Part shown: piece after piece, positions 62,001 through 64,000 of the stretch
Layout of the letters: each line of letters starts with the position of its first letter
How positions within the stretch are numbered: position 1 is the first letter of the stretch
Assembly: GCA_013239625.1 (NCBI GenBank)
Contig: MU056134.1
Coordinates: 7,591,007 to 7,655,006, forward strand
Origin: Lama guanicoe
Lineage: Eukaryota
Direction: 5' to 3'
DNA length: 64,000 bases
Made by a program: the position numbers and the translations under genes
Notes under the pieces: model-generated
What the model was told of the DNA's origin: nothing
Database searches by the model: none
What the model saw: the letters and a program-made list of their open reading frames with translations, nothing else

Positions 62001-64000
62001 CCCTGGTGAGCAATAAGGTGGCCTCCCACCCCTCAGGAGGATGGAAGGACAGCTGCAGGGGGCTGGACAGGGGACTGAGCAAGCCCACTCCCTGCCTTTT
62101 GAAGTTGGAAAGGGAAAAAACTATTTACTTTCCGGGGCAGAGGAGCTGATTCTCAGGGAAGGAAAGTGATACCAGGTCTGCAAAGAATAGTCTCTAAGAA
62201 ACAAATTTGGGGAAACCAGAATTTTGGAGAAAGTCCGTGCGAAGGACTGAACCAGCTGACTATTCAGACCCATAATTCTGTGCATCCCTTGGGGGTGGTT
62301 TTGGACACACTCAGCACTGATGGATGGGCTTTTCCTTTTCTCAAGGGCCCACGTGTCCAACATCAAGGTGGGGACGAGCAGCCGCCCAGAATTATCTTCT
62401 GGGCTGCAAAAGACCAGCTGATCACAACCACATAACAGGGCATCCAGAAGCGGCCGGGGGAGAGCCTGGGATTTCCTTCTGTTCATGTGGGAGTCAGACC
62501 ATCCCCTTTCTTGGTCTACATAAATGCTAGGCTTTGGAAAACTTCTACAAGGGAAGAATCGAAAACAAACCCCCCTCAAAAAAAAAAAAACCCATAAAAC
62601 AAGCAAACAAAAAATGCAGCTTAGGATCCCTAAGCAGAATAACTCCTTTGCAGCCTGGGATGTGGCCCCAGAGTGTTCATCAGCATGTCATGCACAGCAA
62701 ACAGCGGGAGTTAACAGGCACGGAGGTGGCCTCCGCAGTGTCACAACACCCACCCCAGCCCTGCGTCTCTGAAAGCAGTGTGATAAGATCAGAAGTTGAA
62801 CCTCTTCCAAGCAGACACTCCCTTCGAGGACAGGTTCTCTATAAAATTCTCTCATAAATTTTGTCTATTTTTTTTTTTAAAGGAGGAGCTCTGTGGCTGT
62901 ATTTTTTTTTTTGGAAATGTGATTTTGGGGAGGATTCATTATTTCTGTTGGTAGGTTTGATGCAGCCCGAGTCTTCAAGCTTTAAAAGGTCTCATTTTCT
63001 GTTGGGACAGCTCTTCCTGCATAATCATCGCTGTCTAGAAACGATGCAGGGAGGAAGGGGCTGCGCAGGCCGTCTTGGCCCCTCTCTCAGACTCCAAATG
63101 AGGAACTGAAATCTAGGGAGCAAATGCAATTGCCCCAAGTCAGAGAGCGCACTGGAGACGGAGCTGGAGCCAGCATACATGGACCCGAGACAGACATTTT
63201 TGAGAATTTTGTTGTTGCAGACACATTCCCTTGTTGACTCAGTCTGAGTTTAGAACTGGCTGAATTCCATAAGTCCTTTGCTTTTGCAGGTAGAACCCTG
63301 AAGTCATGATGTATCTGTTCTCTGACCTACAAACCCCCATCTTTTTTCTCTTTTTCTTTCCTGGCAATGCGTCCTTTATGACCACTCCAGGTTCCCTCCT
63401 CTGAAAATACTTTCCTGTCGTCCCAGGGGCATTCAAGTCTCACTATCGGTGCCCACTGCACTCTTGTACCTGTTTTGTTTGCAGATGTCACAAAGTATCT
63501 TGTCATTCTTACTCCACCTTGAACCGCTTGTGGGCAGGGTCATGCTTGTGTCTTTATGCCCCAGCATCTAGCAGGTACGAGGCATCAAGTTGATTGAATG
63601 AATGCACGCGCTGTTTTTTCTTTGTGCCCGAATGTAGTACCTTACATTTAATAGACGCATGATTCATTTCCGTTACAGAGCCAAACTTAGCCTTGCACGT
63701 TCTCAGCATATCAGAGATGGAGGGGGCCAATTTATAAGTGTGGAGTCTGAGGCCCAGAAAGGGAATCGGCTTACCCAAGGATGCACAGCATTTCTGTGTC
63801 ACAATTAAACTGGAAACCAGGCCTCTGTGAAAATGCAAAGCCCTGCTTGATGATCTCACGTCACCGTTTTAAATATTTATCGCTTAGTTTCATTAAAATA
63901 CATCTTCCTATAGAAATCTTTTGGGTATCAAGAAAGATTCAGAATTATGTTTCAGCATTTCTTCTTCTTATTTTGTTTCTTCCTAACGGGAACCATTTTG

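Overview
Mammalian genomic DNA, most likely camelid: it carries a tRNA-Ala-like SINE of the camelid vic-1 type and cetartiodactyl-type L1 3' ends, and I recognised no Alu, B1, Bov-A or PRE-1 elements. The only protein-coding sequence I can support is the first coding exon of the ASIC2b (MDEG2) isoform of acid-sensing ion channel 2. It lies on the minus strand (about 33912 to 33199, GT donor at 33198) inside a CpG island of about 2.2 kb that also holds its promoter and 5' leader. Two N-gaps hide the start codon and 58 codons. From the known ASIC2 gene structure, the rest of the window should be intronic: intron 1 of ASIC2b to the left, and the very large ASIC2a intron 1 throughout. It is filled with MIR, L2, MER5, MLT1D and L1 fragments, microsatellites and a 7 x 59-bp VNTR. 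I found no prokaryote-type system and cannot support a claim of a new biological system. The most unusual observations are small-scale: a patchwork templated insertion in a MIR, an L1 with a short 3' transduction, a twin-primed inverted L1, a palindrome-flanked Z-DNA tract, uORFs and an antisense Kozak ORF in the ASIC2b leader, a lineage-variant ASIC2b N-terminus, and several enhancer-like blocks. Repeat families were assigned from remembered consensus sequences, so their boundaries are approximate.
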